Shown here piece after piece: positions 50,219-61,106 of a DNA stretch of 64,000 nt. Position 1 is the first letter of the stretch. Each line of letters starts with the position of its first letter. Position numbers and translations under genes: made by a program. This stretch comes from Segatella copri (GTDB lineage Bacteria; Bacillota_I; Bacilli_A; Erysipelotrichales; Erysipelotrichaceae): the NCBI GenBank assembly GCA_963654445.1, contig CAVKAP010000039.1, forward strand, positions 5,208 to 69,207. Reading direction: 5' to 3'. The notes beneath the pieces are model-generated. The model searched no databases. It was not told the origin of the DNA and saw only the letters and a program-made list of their open reading frames with translations.

Positions 50219-52600
50219 TTAAGCCCATGACTTAATTTGTGTACGTGAAATAATATCGTCTTGAATATCTTTTCCAAGCTCTACAAAGAATGCCGTATAT
50301 CCTGCTACACGAATCAATAAATCCTTGTGATTTTCAGGATGTGCCTGTGCATCCAATAAAACCTCTGGTTTAATAATATTGTATTGTGTATGGTAAATAT
50401 CCAAGGTACATTGTGTCTTTAATAAGACCATCATATGATTTAAACCAGCATCTCCTTCTAATAAATCTGGATCAATTTTTAAATTCATTTGTGTTCCTTG
50501 CGTAAAACGAGCATGTGGTAAATGACTGATTGATTTTAATAGAGCCGTTGCACCGTTGACATCCGTACCACCGGTTGCACCAATACCATCTGCTAATGGT
50601 TGCCAAGCTTTACGACCAAATGGTAAAGCTCCAACACTTTGTCCAATTGGAACATTTCCAGATACTGGAAGCATACCTGCTGTTAGTTTTCCAAAGGCTG
50701 AATCATAGCTTTCAATGACATCAACTAAATAGTTATAGATTTCTCCAGCACAGAAATCGGCTCTTGGATCATCATTTCCATATTTAGGTGCTTCTTTACA
50801 CATTTTTAGAATGTCGTCATAGCCTTCGAAATTTGCATCCAATGCCTTGCACAATTCATCCATAGTTACTTTCTTTTCATCAAATACCAAGTATTTTACA
50901 TCCGCTACAGAGTTAATAATATCGGCTTGTCCAATAATATTGATTCCATTTCCTACATTAAATTCAGCACCACCATTGGCATAATCCTTTCCTGTTTTCA
51001 TACAATTTGGATAGGTCAAGGATAAAGCCGGAACAGGTCGATAGTTTTCACTTAAATAATCTAAGTAAGAATTCATTGTCGCCATAGTATGTACGAAGTA
51101 ATCGATTTGTTTCTTAATGGCTGCCATAAAATCATCAAAGGTTTTAAAATCTCTTGGATTACCCGTTTGAATCGATACCTGTTGACCTGTCTTACGTGAT
51201 TTACCATTGTTCATGACCATATCAACAACACCACCCATACTGATTTCACCAATATCGGTATAAGATTTCAAACGTCCTTCAAGATTGGTTTCAACACATC
51301 CACAAGGTGTCCAATCCCAAGCCTGTGATAATGGAACCCCCTTATTCAATAACATCTTAATTCCTGCATCATCATGATAAACCGCTGGCATGGTTCTTCC
51401 CATACGAATACATTCAGCCGCTTTTCTTAAGAAGGAATCTGGATTCTTTGAAATACTGTAGCGTACAGTCATATTTGGCTCTTTTAAGGCCGTATCTTCT
51501 GTCGCTTGGATCGTCATGTAAGACAATGGATTGACCGCATCATTTCCATATTGATCAATACCACCTGCACAAACCTGAACGGTCATATTATAACCAGCTG
51601 AGAAAGCTGCACTTTCTCCATCTTGGAAAAGACCCATTTCAGCAATTTTAATCCAAAAGCAATCCAATAATTCTTGTGCTTCTTCTTGTGTCAAGATACC
51701 TTCCTCAATATCCTTTTCGTAATATTCAATTAAATATTGATCCATACGACCTAGGTTATAAGAGGAAGCATTTTGTTCCATGAAGATACAGAATTCGTAC
51801 GTTAACATACTTTGTAGAGCTTCATAGAAGTTACGTGGAGGGTTTTCTGGTACATGACGATTGACTTCAGCAATCTTCAATAATTCAGCCTTACGTACTT
51901 CATCTGTTTCTTCACTGGCCATTTTTTCAGCTAAATCGGCATGTCGATTGGCTAACGAAATAATTCCTTCTGCTGTAATAATTAATGATTTATAAAAAAC
52001 CATTTGTTTTAAAGTATCTTCACCCGTCGCATCATCTAAGGATGCTAGCTTTTCTTCCGCTTCTTTTTTAATTCCGGCAATTCCCTTTGATAACAAGGTT
52101 CTCCATCCTGGCGTATTTTCACCATAACCGCGAACAAACTTCTTATCGACATATAACATGCCACCATCACGCATTGTTCTTACATCATCCGGCATCATGG
52201 CATTCCAACGATCCAAAACGCACTTTCCTCTCCAATAAGGAGCAACTTCTTCCATAAACAATTTCTTATTCTCATCTGATAAGTAGAATGGATCATATTT
52301 ACGAGTAGCAATCGTATCTAATTCCTTTTCAATAACCGAACAAGCCGAATCTGGATTTAAGATGCCTGCACGTGGTTTAAAGGCTACTCCTCCTACTAAC
52401 AATTCATGATCTTGAATGAAGATTGGTTTATTTTCATATACCTTTTTCATACCCGTTGCTTTTTGAATCGCCCAAGGTTGCCCCTCGGATTCTTTAAAAC
52501 CTTGCGTTACATAATATGCATCTAAGATATCCATCTCAACTCGATGAGACATGTAATTTTCTCTTAAAGCATTGATTCTATGCATGTATTTTCTTGTCAT
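50219..52600 (-). CDS. Glycyl-radical enzyme, dehydratase/eliminase-like, substrate unknown
   Basis: Cys loop PCGCVE, Gly loop LLIRVAGYTAFF, GRMDQYL and PKYGND; single catalytic Cys, unlike the Cys-Cys of PFL. Confidence 0.93.
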   Translation of the reverse strand: MTRKYMHRINALRENYMSHRVEMDILDAYYVTQGFKESEGQPWAIQKATGMKKVYENKPIFIQDHELLVGGVAFKPRAGILNPDSACSVIEKELDTIATRKYDPFYLSDENKKLFMEEVAPYWRGKCVLDRWNAMMPDDVRTMRDGGMLYVDKKFVRGYGENTPGWRTLLSKGIAGIKKEAEEKLASLDDATGEDTLKQMVFYKSLIITAEGIISLANRHADLAEKMASEETDEVRKAELLKIAEVNRHVPENPPRNFYEALQSMLTYEFCIFMEQNASSYNLGRMDQYLIEYYEKDIEEGILTQEEAQELLDCFWIKIAEMGLFQDGESAAFSAGYNMTVQVCAGGIDQYGNDAVNPLSYMTIQATEDTALKEPNMTVRYSISKNPDSFLRKAAECIRMGRTMPAVYHDDAGIKMLLNKGVPLSQAWDWTPCGCVETNLEGRLKSYTDIGEISMGGVVDMVMNNGKSRKTGQQVSIQTGNPRDFKTFDDFMAAIKKQIDYFVHTMATMNSYLDYLSENYRPVPALSLTYPNCMKTGKDYANGGAEFNVGNGINIIGQADIINSVADVKYLVFDEKKVTMDELCKALDANFEGYDDILKMCKEAPKYGNDDPRADFCAGEIYNYLVDVIESYDSAFGKLTAGMLPVSGNVPIGQSVGALPFGRKAWQPLADGIGATGGTDVNGATALLKSISHLPHARFTQGTQMNLKIDPDLLEGDAGLNHMMVLLKTQCTLDIYHTQYNIIKPEVLLDAQAHPENHKDLLIRVAGYTAFFVELGKDIQDDIISRTQIKSWA

Positions 52601-53909
52601 AATAGCCTCCTTCTACATGTTTATTCATAAATTTTGGAGATGTTTCTGGTGCCAGAATCTGACAAACAACGCCTCCAAAAATTAATACCGCCGCACAAAC
52701 GATTAAGCTTCCTGTTGCTCCTAATTTTTCCACTAAGATTGGAAGTAAGAAGGTTCCTAAGAAGGCTCCAATACGACTAAATGCGATTACGATTCCAACG
52801 CCTGTTCCACGAACACGATCATCAAATAATTCTGGTGGATAAGGCCATTCCATTACAACCGCAATCGACATAATCAAAGCATAGGCTGCAAAGGCAATGA
52901 TGGTAATCACAATAGATATATATTGACCAATAATCATCACAAGCAATGCAAGAGCTGCTCCAAAGAATGTTGAGGTTAAGAATTTTCTTCTTGAAATGCG
53001 ACTGACGATCCAGGTTCCTACAAAAGCACCTGCCATACAGAATACGTCATAAATAACATCACCTGTATATCCACCACCCATATTCATTTGTTTCACTAAG
53101 ATTGGAAGGAAGATTCCTACACCGAAGTATGGAAAGACTTGACAGGCATAGAAGATGCCACCTACTAAGGTATTGTTGCGATAGGAATCACTAAACAATT
53201 CGCTCACAGACACTTTTTCTTCCGCTTCCTTCTTTTCTACAACAACACAATATGCATTTCCAACCTTTTCATCGATAATAGAATTTGCTTCCGCAACTCG
53301 TCCTACACTAGCAAGCCAGCTTGGTGATTCTGGAATTCCATTCACAAAGCGTAAGACAGCACTGATTCCACCTAAGATTGCACTGGATGCAAAAATAAAA
53401 TGATAATCAGTTCCAACATTTCCCATAATCAAACCAACAACAAAGCTTAATACATAACCAAAGGTCCAATAAATCACAAATTTACTTAAATAAGCCGGTG
53501 CTTCTGTTGCACGAACCCATTCTGAAATAATGGTACTTCCAACGGAATACTCAATCGCAATACATAAGCCAATTCCAATACGAATCACTAAGATCAAGCC
53601 AACGCTTGATGCAAATAAGTGAAGAATGGAAAAGACGGTAAAAAGTACCATGTCAATCAGCAATAATTTACTACGACCAATTTGATCAGCTAAATTCCCT
53701 AAAAATAAGCTTCCACTCAAACCAATTAATGTTCCTGCCCCTAATAGACCAACCCAAAAGGTATTAAAGCCTAATTCAGCTTGGGCTTGTGTTACCGCAT
53801 TTCCAGCAATTCCTAATGCATATCCACAAGCAATCTGCCCAAGAACGGCACATAAGAAGAGCATTTTATGGAACTTCATAATCGGTGCTTCTTTATAATT
53901 TACCTTCAT
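52578..53909 (-). CDS. MFS transporter (sugar/metabolite porter-like)
   Basis: GNLADQIGR, PESPSWL and ELF..RVRGTG; about 12 TM segments. Confidence 0.92.
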   Translation of the reverse strand: MKVNYKEAPIMKFHKMLFLCAVLGQIACGYALGIAGNAVTQAQAELGFNTFWVGLLGAGTLIGLSGSLFLGNLADQIGRSKLLLIDMVLFTVFSILHLFASSVGLILVIRIGIGLCIAIEYSVGSTIISEWVRATEAPAYLSKFVIYWTFGYVLSFVVGLIMGNVGTDYHFIFASSAILGGISAVLRFVNGIPESPSWLASVGRVAEANSIIDEKVGNAYCVVVEKKEAEEKVSVSELFSDSYRNNTLVGGIFYACQVFPYFGVGIFLPILVKQMNMGGGYTGDVIYDVFCMAGAFVGTWIVSRISRRKFLTSTFFGAALALLVMIIGQYISIVITIIAFAAYALIMSIAVVMEWPYPPELFDDRVRGTGVGIVIAFSRIGAFLGTFLLPILVEKLGATGSLIVCAAVLIFGGVVCQILAPETSPKFMNKHVEGGYYDKKIHA

Positions 53910-53985
53910 TTATTTCTCCTCATATTGTTGAACTTTTTTCTTTTAAACCAAAGATGATCCCTAGGTACTTCACCTTAAATTTAAC

Positions 53986-54003
53986 TTGTTAAAAAGTTAA
54001 CAT
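53986..54003. promoter_or_regulatory. Rex-like operator
   Basis: TTGTTAA-AAAG-TTAACAT, one mismatch to TTGTTAA-N4-TTAACAA. Confidence 0.6.
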
Positions 54004-54041
54004 GTTTCCTGCTATGAATTTAACATGTTCAATCGAGCTTC

Positions 54042-54084
54042 GTGAAATGCTTGAAATGCATGTCACTATTCAATAATTAAATAA
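54042..54084 (-). promoter_or_regulatory. Putative LysR-type operator/promoter element, copy 2 (before MFS-GRE)
   Basis: 33/43 identical to 49112-49154; adjoins TTCACG -35 and TGnTAAATT -10. Confidence 0.6.
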
Positions 54085-54106
54085 TTCACAAATCTTTTCA
54101 TTTAGT

Positions 54107-54124
54107 TTGTGAAAATATTTACAA
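54107..54124. promoter_or_regulatory. Rex-like operator
   Basis: TTGTGAA-AATA-TTTACAA, one mismatch to TTGTGAA-N4-TTCACAA. Confidence 0.55.
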
Positions 54125-54235
54125 TTGTGAATTAATAGAAACTTATCACTAATTTTAAGAGATTTATGGAGGTGTTCCGATAAATCAATACTTTTTTTGT
54201 ATTAATTTTGTGAAAAACAAAAAAAGCTATACAAA

Positions 54236-55243
54236 TCAGTACAGCTTATACTCTTCAATAATTTTTTCAACTTGTTTTAAAAAAGGTTGAAAGGCGGAAG
54301 GAATAGGAATGTCTTTTTTAATTTCGTCAATCGTATAAAAGGAAGAATCGGTCCAATCCACAAAAACAAGCCAAGCCTTCATATGCCATTCCACATGAGA
54401 AAAGATATGGGTATAGGGCTCAAGCTCTTTTTTTCCTATATATACTTCTGGCTCTTTTTCATCAAAACCATACAAACCATGAAGGAGTCCCTTTTCTTCT
54501 CTTTTATGTAGGCGAATTGTATCTTTATTAACGTAGACATAAATTTCTTTTTCAACAATCCTACGTTTTTTCGCTTTGGATAAAATAGGCAGCTTCGATG
54601 GATCATCATATAAGTATGCTTGGCAAGCTTTAGAAATAGGACATTCCTTGCATTTGGGATTTTTTGGAAGACAAATCAATGCCCCTAACTCCATCAGTGC
54701 TTGATTATATGCACTGATTTTATTCGACTCTGGCAAGGATTGGTCCACTAACTTTTCTATTTCTTTTTTCCCTTTGGCTTTTTTTAGATCCTCTTTAATA
54801 AGATATAAACGACTAAATACACGATTTACATTCCCATCAATAGCACTCACTCTTTCGCTATAGGCAATACTTGCGATGGCTCCAGCCGTATATGAACCAA
54901 TGCCAGGACAGTTCATTAGTTCTTTTTTTGTTCTTGGTAAATTCCCATTGTATTCCTTCATACAATAGATGGCACATTTCTTTAAATTTCTAGCTCGTGA
55001 ATAATAGCCTAGCCCTTGCCATAATTTATTTAACCTTTGATCATCGACTTCAGATAAAGCTTTCATATTTGGTAGAGCTTGAATAAAGCGTTCAAAATAA
55101 GGGAGCATAGCTTCAATACGCGTTTGTTGGGCCATGATTTCACTAATCCATATTTGATAGGCATCTTTATTTTTTCGAAAAGGTAATTCACGTTTATTGT
55201 CTTCATACCATACAATAAGTGCATCTTGAAAAGAATCATTCAT
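54236..55243 (-). CDS. mutY: A/G-specific adenine glycosylase
   Basis: WISEIMAQQT, WQGLGYYSRARNL, PGIGSYTA, DGNV.RV and C-x6-C-x2-C-x5-C. Confidence 0.95.
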   Translation of the reverse strand: MNDSFQDALIVWYEDNKRELPFRKNKDAYQIWISEIMAQQTRIEAMLPYFERFIQALPNMKALSEVDDQRLNKLWQGLGYYSRARNLKKCAIYCMKEYNGNLPRTKKELMNCPGIGSYTAGAIASIAYSERVSAIDGNVNRVFSRLYLIKEDLKKAKGKKEIEKLVDQSLPESNKISAYNQALMELGALICLPKNPKCKECPISKACQAYLYDDPSKLPILSKAKKRRIVEKEIYVYVNKDTIRLHKREEKGLLHGLYGFDEKEPEVYIGKKELEPYTHIFSHVEWHMKAWLVFVDWTDSSFYTIDEIKKDIPIPSAFQPFLKQVEKIIEEYKLY

Positions 55244-55271
55244 ATACTGTTTATTATGATAAAATATTCTC

Positions 55272-56054
55272 ATGAAATCAATTCAAACACTTTTTATAGA
55301 TATCGATAACACCCTTTATGATCATATCAACCAAGTTATTCCTGAAAAACATATCATTGCACTAAAAGAATTAAAGAAAAGAGGCTATAAGCTTTGTATT
55401 TGTACAGGACGACCTCCTATATTGGTCGAAGAGCTTCATTTAGATACTTTCATTGATTGGGATGGCTATGTTTGTGGAAATGGTTGTTATGTCTTGAATC
55501 ATAATCATGAAAGCTTGTATGAAAATGTGATTGATATAGAAAGTACCAATCAAATCTTTAACTATGCCAAAGAAAAAGGTTTAGGTGTCCTTGCCTTTGG
55601 GAATGTAAAGATGGCAACTCGAAATGATCAACGTGTAAAAGAAATGATTGAAACCTTTCATTTCAAAGATGTTGAAATCCGAAAGAAAAAAGATACGGAT
55701 CGTTTTTCAAATATTTTAATCAAACCAGATCATCCCCTTGAAAGAAATCCCTTCTTCGATTCTTTAGAGTGCATTGATCCGGTCTATATGTCCCAATGGG
55801 TTGAATTCAAACGAAAAGGGGCGAATAAATTCAAGGGCATTCAAATCTTAATGAACTACTTTCATGAAGACGAGCATGCCTATCTTGCCTTTGGTGACTC
55901 TGCCATTGATTATGAAATGCTCTCTAATGCCCAAGTCGCTGTAATGGTTGCCAATGGAGATGATCGATTAAAATCAATCCCTCATATTCAAATTGCACCA
56001 AGCTGTCATGAGGGTGGTTTATACGATTGGCTAAAAGAAAAAGAGATGATTTAA
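55272..56054 (+). CDS. Cof-type HAD-IIB hydrolase
   Basis: DIDNTL, CTGR, NK..GI and AFGDS..D. Confidence 0.9.
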   Translation: MKSIQTLFIDIDNTLYDHINQVIPEKHIIALKELKKRGYKLCICTGRPPILVEELHLDTFIDWDGYVCGNGCYVLNHNHESLYENVIDIESTNQIFNYAKEKGLGVLAFGNVKMATRNDQRVKEMIETFHFKDVEIRKKKDTDRFSNILIKPDHPLERNPFFDSLECIDPVYMSQWVEFKRKGANKFKGIQILMNYFHEDEHAYLAFGDSAIDYEMLSNAQVAVMVANGDDRLKSIPHIQIAPSCHEGGLYDWLKEKEMI

Positions 56055-56055
56055 T

Positions 56056-56862
56056 ATGAAGATTGCGATGTTGCAGGTTCCTGTCGTTGAAAATGTTTTA
56101 TCGAATTTAAATTGGGTAAAAGAGAATAGCTCAAATCATTCCGATGTTCTCGTTTTACCCGAAATGTGGAACTGCCCCTATCAAAACAAAAATATGAAGG
56201 AAGCCACTGCCTATCAAAAAGAAAGTATTCAATTGTTGAAGGATCTATCCCTTCGAAACAAACAAATTGTGATTGGAGGAAGCATTCCCTATCAAGAAAA
56301 CGGAAAAATTTATAATGCATGTTTTATTTTTGATCAAGGAAAACAGATTGCCAAATATTATAAAATGCATTTAATGACCTTCCATGGAAAACAAAGCTAT
56401 TCCGAAGCAGAAGTCTTTTCACCAGGAAATTCCTTTGTCACCTTTGAAATACAAGGTGTAAAGGTTGGTATCTTGCTCTGTTATGATATTCGTTTTCCTC
56501 AGCCTAGTACTTTATTGGCAAATAAAGGGGTTCAAATTTTGTTCTTACCAGCAGCCTTTAATCAACAGGTTCGCAAAAAACATTGGGAAATTCTATTACG
56601 GACACGAGCTTTGGATAATCAATTCTATGTATGCGGAGTGAATCCAAGCTATACCTATCAGAGCTATCATAGCGATGGGCATTCGATGATTGTCAATCCC
56701 GATGGTCAAATCATTCAAGAAATGAATGATCAAATTGCTTTATGTGAAACGGATATTGATTTAGCTTGCATAAAAAAAATTCGCAATCGTATGCCTTATG
56801 CATCGATTCAAAGAAATGACTTATATAAAGGAGAAGAATATGAAAAGAATTTCCATCAATGA
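56056..56862 (+). CDS. Carbon-nitrogen hydrolase (nitrilase/omega-amidase family)
   Basis: VLPEMW, YYKMHL and LCYDIRFP (Glu-Lys-Cys triad). Confidence 0.9.
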   Translation: MKIAMLQVPVVENVLSNLNWVKENSSNHSDVLVLPEMWNCPYQNKNMKEATAYQKESIQLLKDLSLRNKQIVIGGSIPYQENGKIYNACFIFDQGKQIAKYYKMHLMTFHGKQSYSEAEVFSPGNSFVTFEIQGVKVGILLCYDIRFPQPSTLLANKGVQILFLPAAFNQQVRKKHWEILLRTRALDNQFYVCGVNPSYTYQSYHSDGHSMIVNPDGQIIQEMNDQIALCETDIDLACIKKIRNRMPYASIQRNDLYKGEEYEKNFHQ

Positions 56863-57799
56863 TTTAAAAGATTTTAAGATTGGTCATGCCCAGGATGAAG
56901 AAAAAGGAACAGGATGTACGGTTATTATTGCTGAAAAAGGCGCAGTTGCGGGCGTTGATGTTCGTGGTGGTGGTCCAGCTACGCGTGAAACCGACTTATT
57001 AAATCCGAAAAATACCGTACAAGAAATTCATGCAGTTACCTTAAGCGGGGGCTCTGCCTTTGGTCTAGAAGCGAGTAGTGGGGTTATGCAATATCTCAGT
57101 GAAAAAGGGATTGGCTTTGATTTAAAGGATATCTATATTCCAATTGTATGCCAAGCTTCTTTGTTTGATTGTAGCGTAGGTGATGTGAAAGCTTATCCAA
57201 ATAAAGAAATGGGGTATCAAGCTTGTGTCAATAGTGAAAAAGCACAGGATCTTCAAGGAAATATCGGTGCTGGCTGTGGTGCAAGTGTCGGAAAATATTT
57301 TGGCTTTGACAAGGCAATGAAAACCGGTCTTGGAACTTGTGCTTTGCAGGTAGGAGAATTACAGGTTGGTGCAATCGTAGCTGTAAATGCATGTGGAGAT
57401 ATTTATGAAGCCAATTCTGACAAGCGTCTTGCCGGTGCTTACGATTATGAAAAGAAAAAGGAAATCAATACCATTCAAGCTTTATTAGATGGACTTGAAA
57501 GTCAAACAAATCCACATCAAAATACAACAATTGGCTGCATCATCACCAATGCCAAGCTCAATAAAGCGCAAATGAATAAAATTGCCAGTGTTTCTCATAA
57601 TGCCTATGCGCATTGTATTCATCCAGTTGCGATGGCAAACGATGGTGATACGATTTTTACCATGGCAAGTCAAAAAGTAGAAGCAGATCAAGATATTGTA
57701 TCGATTTTAAGTGTTCTCGCTATGGAAAAGGCAATTGAACATGCCGCTAAAAAAGCCCAATCCGCTTTTGGACTGAGCTCTTATTCTGACTTATTGTAA
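56840..57799 (+). CDS. P1/S58 (DmpA-like) peptidase
   Basis: VDVRGGGPATRETD, LSGGSAFGL, NTTIG and DGDTIF. Confidence 0.88.
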   Translation: MKRISINDLKDFKIGHAQDEEKGTGCTVIIAEKGAVAGVDVRGGGPATRETDLLNPKNTVQEIHAVTLSGGSAFGLEASSGVMQYLSEKGIGFDLKDIYIPIVCQASLFDCSVGDVKAYPNKEMGYQACVNSEKAQDLQGNIGAGCGASVGKYFGFDKAMKTGLGTCALQVGELQVGAIVAVNACGDIYEANSDKRLAGAYDYEKKKEINTIQALLDGLESQTNPHQNTTIGCIITNAKLNKAQMNKIASVSHNAYAHCIHPVAMANDGDTIFTMASQKVEADQDIVSILSVLAMEKAIEHAAKKAQSAFGLSSYSDLL

Positions 57800-58564
57800 A
57801 GCTGCAACCATTTCTTTTACATAGTCTTCGACATGTTTTGGTGCATCTTTTCCATATTTTTCTACAATTTTAACAATAGCACTTCCTACAATGGCGCCGT
57901 CTGATTGACTCGCCATTTTTTGTGCTTGTTCTGGGGTAGAAATTCCAAAACCAACGGCAACAGGCACATCGGTCACTTCTCTTACCAATTGAACCATTGC
58001 TGAAATATCGGTTGTAATCGAAGAGCGAACACCAGTTACACCTAAAGAAGAAACACAATAGATAAAGCCACTGGCTTCTTTGGCAATCATTTGAATTCTT
58101 TGATGACTCGTTGGTGCAATCATACTGATTAAATCTAAGCCATACTTTTTACAAACAGAATCAAATTCTTCTTTTTCCTCAAAAGGAACATCTGGAAGAA
58201 TCATTCCACTCATTTGGGCTTCCACCATGTTTTGACAGAATTTTTCAATTCCATAACTATATACAACATTGGCATAGGTCATAAAAACCATTGGAATGTC
58301 TGTTTTTTGACGCATTTTCTTTACGCGTTCAAAGATTTTATCGGTTGTACAGCCATTGGATAAAGCACGAATATTTGCATTTTGAATGACTGGTCCTTCG
58401 GCTGTTGGATCAGAGAAAGGAATACCTAATTCAATTAAACTACAGCCTGCACGATCTAGTGCATAAACGATTTCTTCGGTTGTATCTAAATCTGGATCCC
58501 CACTGGTCACAAATGCCACAAAGGCTTTTCCATTTGAAAATGCTTTTTCGATTCCTTTATTCAT
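57791..58564 (-). CDS. trpA: Tryptophan synthase alpha
   Basis: [23 protein letters not shown] and GFGIS. Confidence 0.97.
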   Translation of the reverse strand: MNKGIEKAFSNGKAFVAFVTSGDPDLDTTEEIVYALDRAGCSLIELGIPFSDPTAEGPVIQNANIRALSNGCTTDKIFERVKKMRQKTDIPMVFMTYANVVYSYGIEKFCQNMVEAQMSGMILPDVPFEEKEEFDSVCKKYGLDLISMIAPTSHQRIQMIAKEASGFIYCVSSLGVTGVRSSITTDISAMVQLVREVTDVPVAVGFGISTPEQAQKMASQSDGAIVGSAIVKIVEKYGKDAPKHVEDYVKEMVAALQ

Positions 58565-59741
58565 AGATTTCCTCCCCACGATAGCGCGCAATGGCTGCTA
58601 CGTCTTTATCTCCACGTCCTGACAATGTAATCACAACAATTTGATTGGAATTCATTGTAGGAATAATTTTTTTCGCATAGGCAAGTGCATGCGCACTTTC
58701 AATCGCTGGAATAATCCCTTCCATACGAGATAAGTATTCAAATGCATCAACCGCTTCATCATCGGTTACTGGAACATATTGTGCACGTCCTGTATCATGT
58801 AACATCGCATGCTCAGGCCCAATACCTGGATAATCCAATCCAGCACTGATTGAATACACAGGAGCAATTTGTCCGTATTCATCCTGACAGAAATAAGACT
58901 TCATTCCATGGAAGATTCCTAATTTTCCGGTTGCGATCGTTGCAGCCGTCTCAAAGGTATCCACACCTCGTCCAGCCGCTTCACAGCCTATGAGTTGAAC
59001 CTCTTTATCTTCGATAAAATGATAGAAGGTTCCCATCGCATTGGATCCACCACCAACACAGGCCATCACAACATCTGGTAATCGTCCTTCCTTTTCTAAG
59101 ATTTGTTCTTTGATTTCCTTTGAAATAACTGCTTGAAAATCACGAACAATAGTTGGGAATGGGTGAGGTCCCATAACTGATCCTAAAACATAATGCGTAT
59201 CATCAATACGCGTTGTCCAATTTCGAAAGGCTTCACTAACGGCATCCTTTAGAGTTCCTGTACCCGTATCGACAGCATGGACCTTTGCCCCTAATAGCTT
59301 CATTCGGTAGACGTTTAAAGCTTGACGAATCGTATCTTCCTTCCCCATATAGACTTCGCATTCAAGTCCCATTAAAGCGGCAATCGTTGCGGTTGCGACG
59401 CCATGCTGACCAGCCCCTGTTTCAGCAATTACACGTGTCTTTCCCATTTTTTTAGCTAATAAGCATTGCCCAATAACATTATTGATTTTATGGGCTCCAG
59501 TATGATTTAAATCTTCACGCTTCAAATAAACCTTTGCCCCACCTAAATCTTCTGTCATATGTTTAGCATAATATAAACGACTTGGTCTTCCTGCATAATC
59601 ATTGAATAATTCCGTTAATTCAGCATTAAATTCTGGATCATCTTTATACTTATTATAAGCTTCTTCTAATTCAATCACGGCATTCATTAATGTTTCAGGA
59701 ATATATTGTCCTCCATGAACGCCAAATCTTCCTTTACTCAT
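58557..59741 (-). CDS. trpB: Tryptophan synthase beta
   Basis: [25 protein letters not shown] and SGRGDKD. Confidence 0.98.
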   Translation of the reverse strand: MSKGRFGVHGGQYIPETLMNAVIELEEAYNKYKDDPEFNAELTELFNDYAGRPSRLYYAKHMTEDLGGAKVYLKREDLNHTGAHKINNVIGQCLLAKKMGKTRVIAETGAGQHGVATATIAALMGLECEVYMGKEDTIRQALNVYRMKLLGAKVHAVDTGTGTLKDAVSEAFRNWTTRIDDTHYVLGSVMGPHPFPTIVRDFQAVISKEIKEQILEKEGRLPDVVMACVGGGSNAMGTFYHFIEDKEVQLIGCEAAGRGVDTFETAATIATGKLGIFHGMKSYFCQDEYGQIAPVYSISAGLDYPGIGPEHAMLHDTGRAQYVPVTDDEAVDAFEYLSRMEGIIPAIESAHALAYAKKIIPTMNSNQIVVITLSGRGDKDVAAIARYRGEEIYE

Positions 59742-60331
59742 ATTGTTCTTCCTTTCTGAATCATTTCTTTTATTTTATTTTCATCTTTTACTTGATTTGT
59801 TTCCACTGAACTACTGACATCAATCGCATAAGGATGAAGTTTTTTACTATCTTCGATATTTTCAATTGTAATTCCACCGGCTAAAAAGAAGTCTCTTTCA
59901 ATCTGAGGAATCAAGGTCCAATCAAAAGTCTTTCCAGAGCCTTTTCCTTGATCAAGTAAGATATAATCTGCACTACTCTCTAATGCTTTTTGTATATCTT
60001 TCTTCGTTTGGATTTGAAACGCTTTTATTGTAGGACCAAAACCTTTGACCCTTTGAATATACGCTTCATCTTCTTTTCCATGCAATTGCGCTATATCGAT
60101 AATACCTTCCTTTAATAAAGAACAGACAAGATCGACATCTTCATCTACAAAAACTCCAACCGATTGAATCTTTTGATCTAATTGCTTCGTAAGATTTTTT
60201 AATTCTTCAATGTTTAAGGATCGAAAGCTTTTGGGAAAGTTAATAATAAAGCCAGCATAATCGGGTAGATAACGATTTACTATTTCAATATCCTTTAAGC
60301 TTCGTAGTCCACAAATCTTAATCTTGGCCAT
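59738..60331 (-). CDS. trpF: Phosphoribosylanthranilate isomerase
   Basis: KIKICGL, QLHG, FLAGG and DVSSSVE. Confidence 0.95.
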   Translation of the reverse strand: MAKIKICGLRSLKDIEIVNRYLPDYAGFIINFPKSFRSLNIEELKNLTKQLDQKIQSVGVFVDEDVDLVCSLLKEGIIDIAQLHGKEDEAYIQRVKGFGPTIKAFQIQTKKDIQKALESSADYILLDQGKGSGKTFDWTLIPQIERDFFLAGGITIENIEDSKKLHPYAIDVSSSVETNQVKDENKIKEMIQKGRTI

Positions 60332-61106
60332 ATTTTAACTCTTTCAATTTACTTGTTTTATCTTCTGCTAACATCATTGTTTCACCTATCAAGACAGCGT
60401 CAACCTCAGCTTGTTCTAAGGCTAAAATATCTTGATGATCTTTAATTCCACTTTCAGCGACAAATAAACAATCACTTCCAACTTGTTGGCGCAAGCGTAA
60501 ACAATTGGTCGAATCAACCGAAAAGTTTTTTAGGTTACGGTTATTCACACCGATAATTTTGGCTTTTGCATTTTTAGCAACGACAACTTCTTCTTGATCA
60601 TGACATTCAACTAAGGCACTCATACCTAAGGATTCTGTAATCTCAATATAGCCTTTTAATTGCTCTTCTTCCAATAAGGAAACAATCAATAAGACGGCAC
60701 TGGCTCCATAGACCCTAGCCTCATAAATCATATACTCATCAATGGTGAAATCCTTTCGTAAACAAGGAATGGATACCTCTTGTGATATTTCTTTTAGGTA
60801 TTCTAGGCTTCCCTTAAACCAATTTGGTTCAGTTAGAACCGAAATCGCATTGGCTCCCGCTTTTTCATAATCCTTGGCAATCTCTAAATAAGGAAAATCT
60901 TCTACAATTTGTCCTTTTGAAGGAGAGGCTTGTTTGCATTCACAAATGAAGGAAATCTCATTTTCTCTTAAGGCCTTTTCAAAGGGTGCATCAAGCTTAG
61001 GTAAGGATAAAGCTTTTTCTTTGATTTCTGTTAGTGAAACAATTTGTTTGGACTTTTCAACGCGTTGAACCGTCGATTCAGCAATTGTTTCTAAAATATT
61101 AGGCAT
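60318..61106 (-). CDS. trpC: Indole-3-glycerol phosphate synthase
   Basis: [22 protein letters not shown] and AESG. Confidence 0.96.
   Translation of the reverse strand: MPNILETIAESTVQRVEKSKQIVSLTEIKEKALSLPKLDAPFEKALRENEISFICECKQASPSKGQIVEDFPYLEIAKDYEKAGANAISVLTEPNWFKGSLEYLKEISQEVSIPCLRKDFTIDEYMIYEARVYGASAVLLIVSLLEEEQLKGYIEITESLGMSALVECHDQEEVVVAKNAKAKIIGVNNRNLKNFSVDSTNCLRLRQQVGSDCLFVAESGIKDHQDILALEQAEVDAVLIGETMMLAEDKTSKLKELKYGQD

Noticed and set aside
50219..52600. Calling the GRE pflB, cutC or hypD
   Set aside because: No adjacent Cys-Cys pair (not PFL), no microcompartment genes, and the motifs and neighbours do not let me assign HypD confidently
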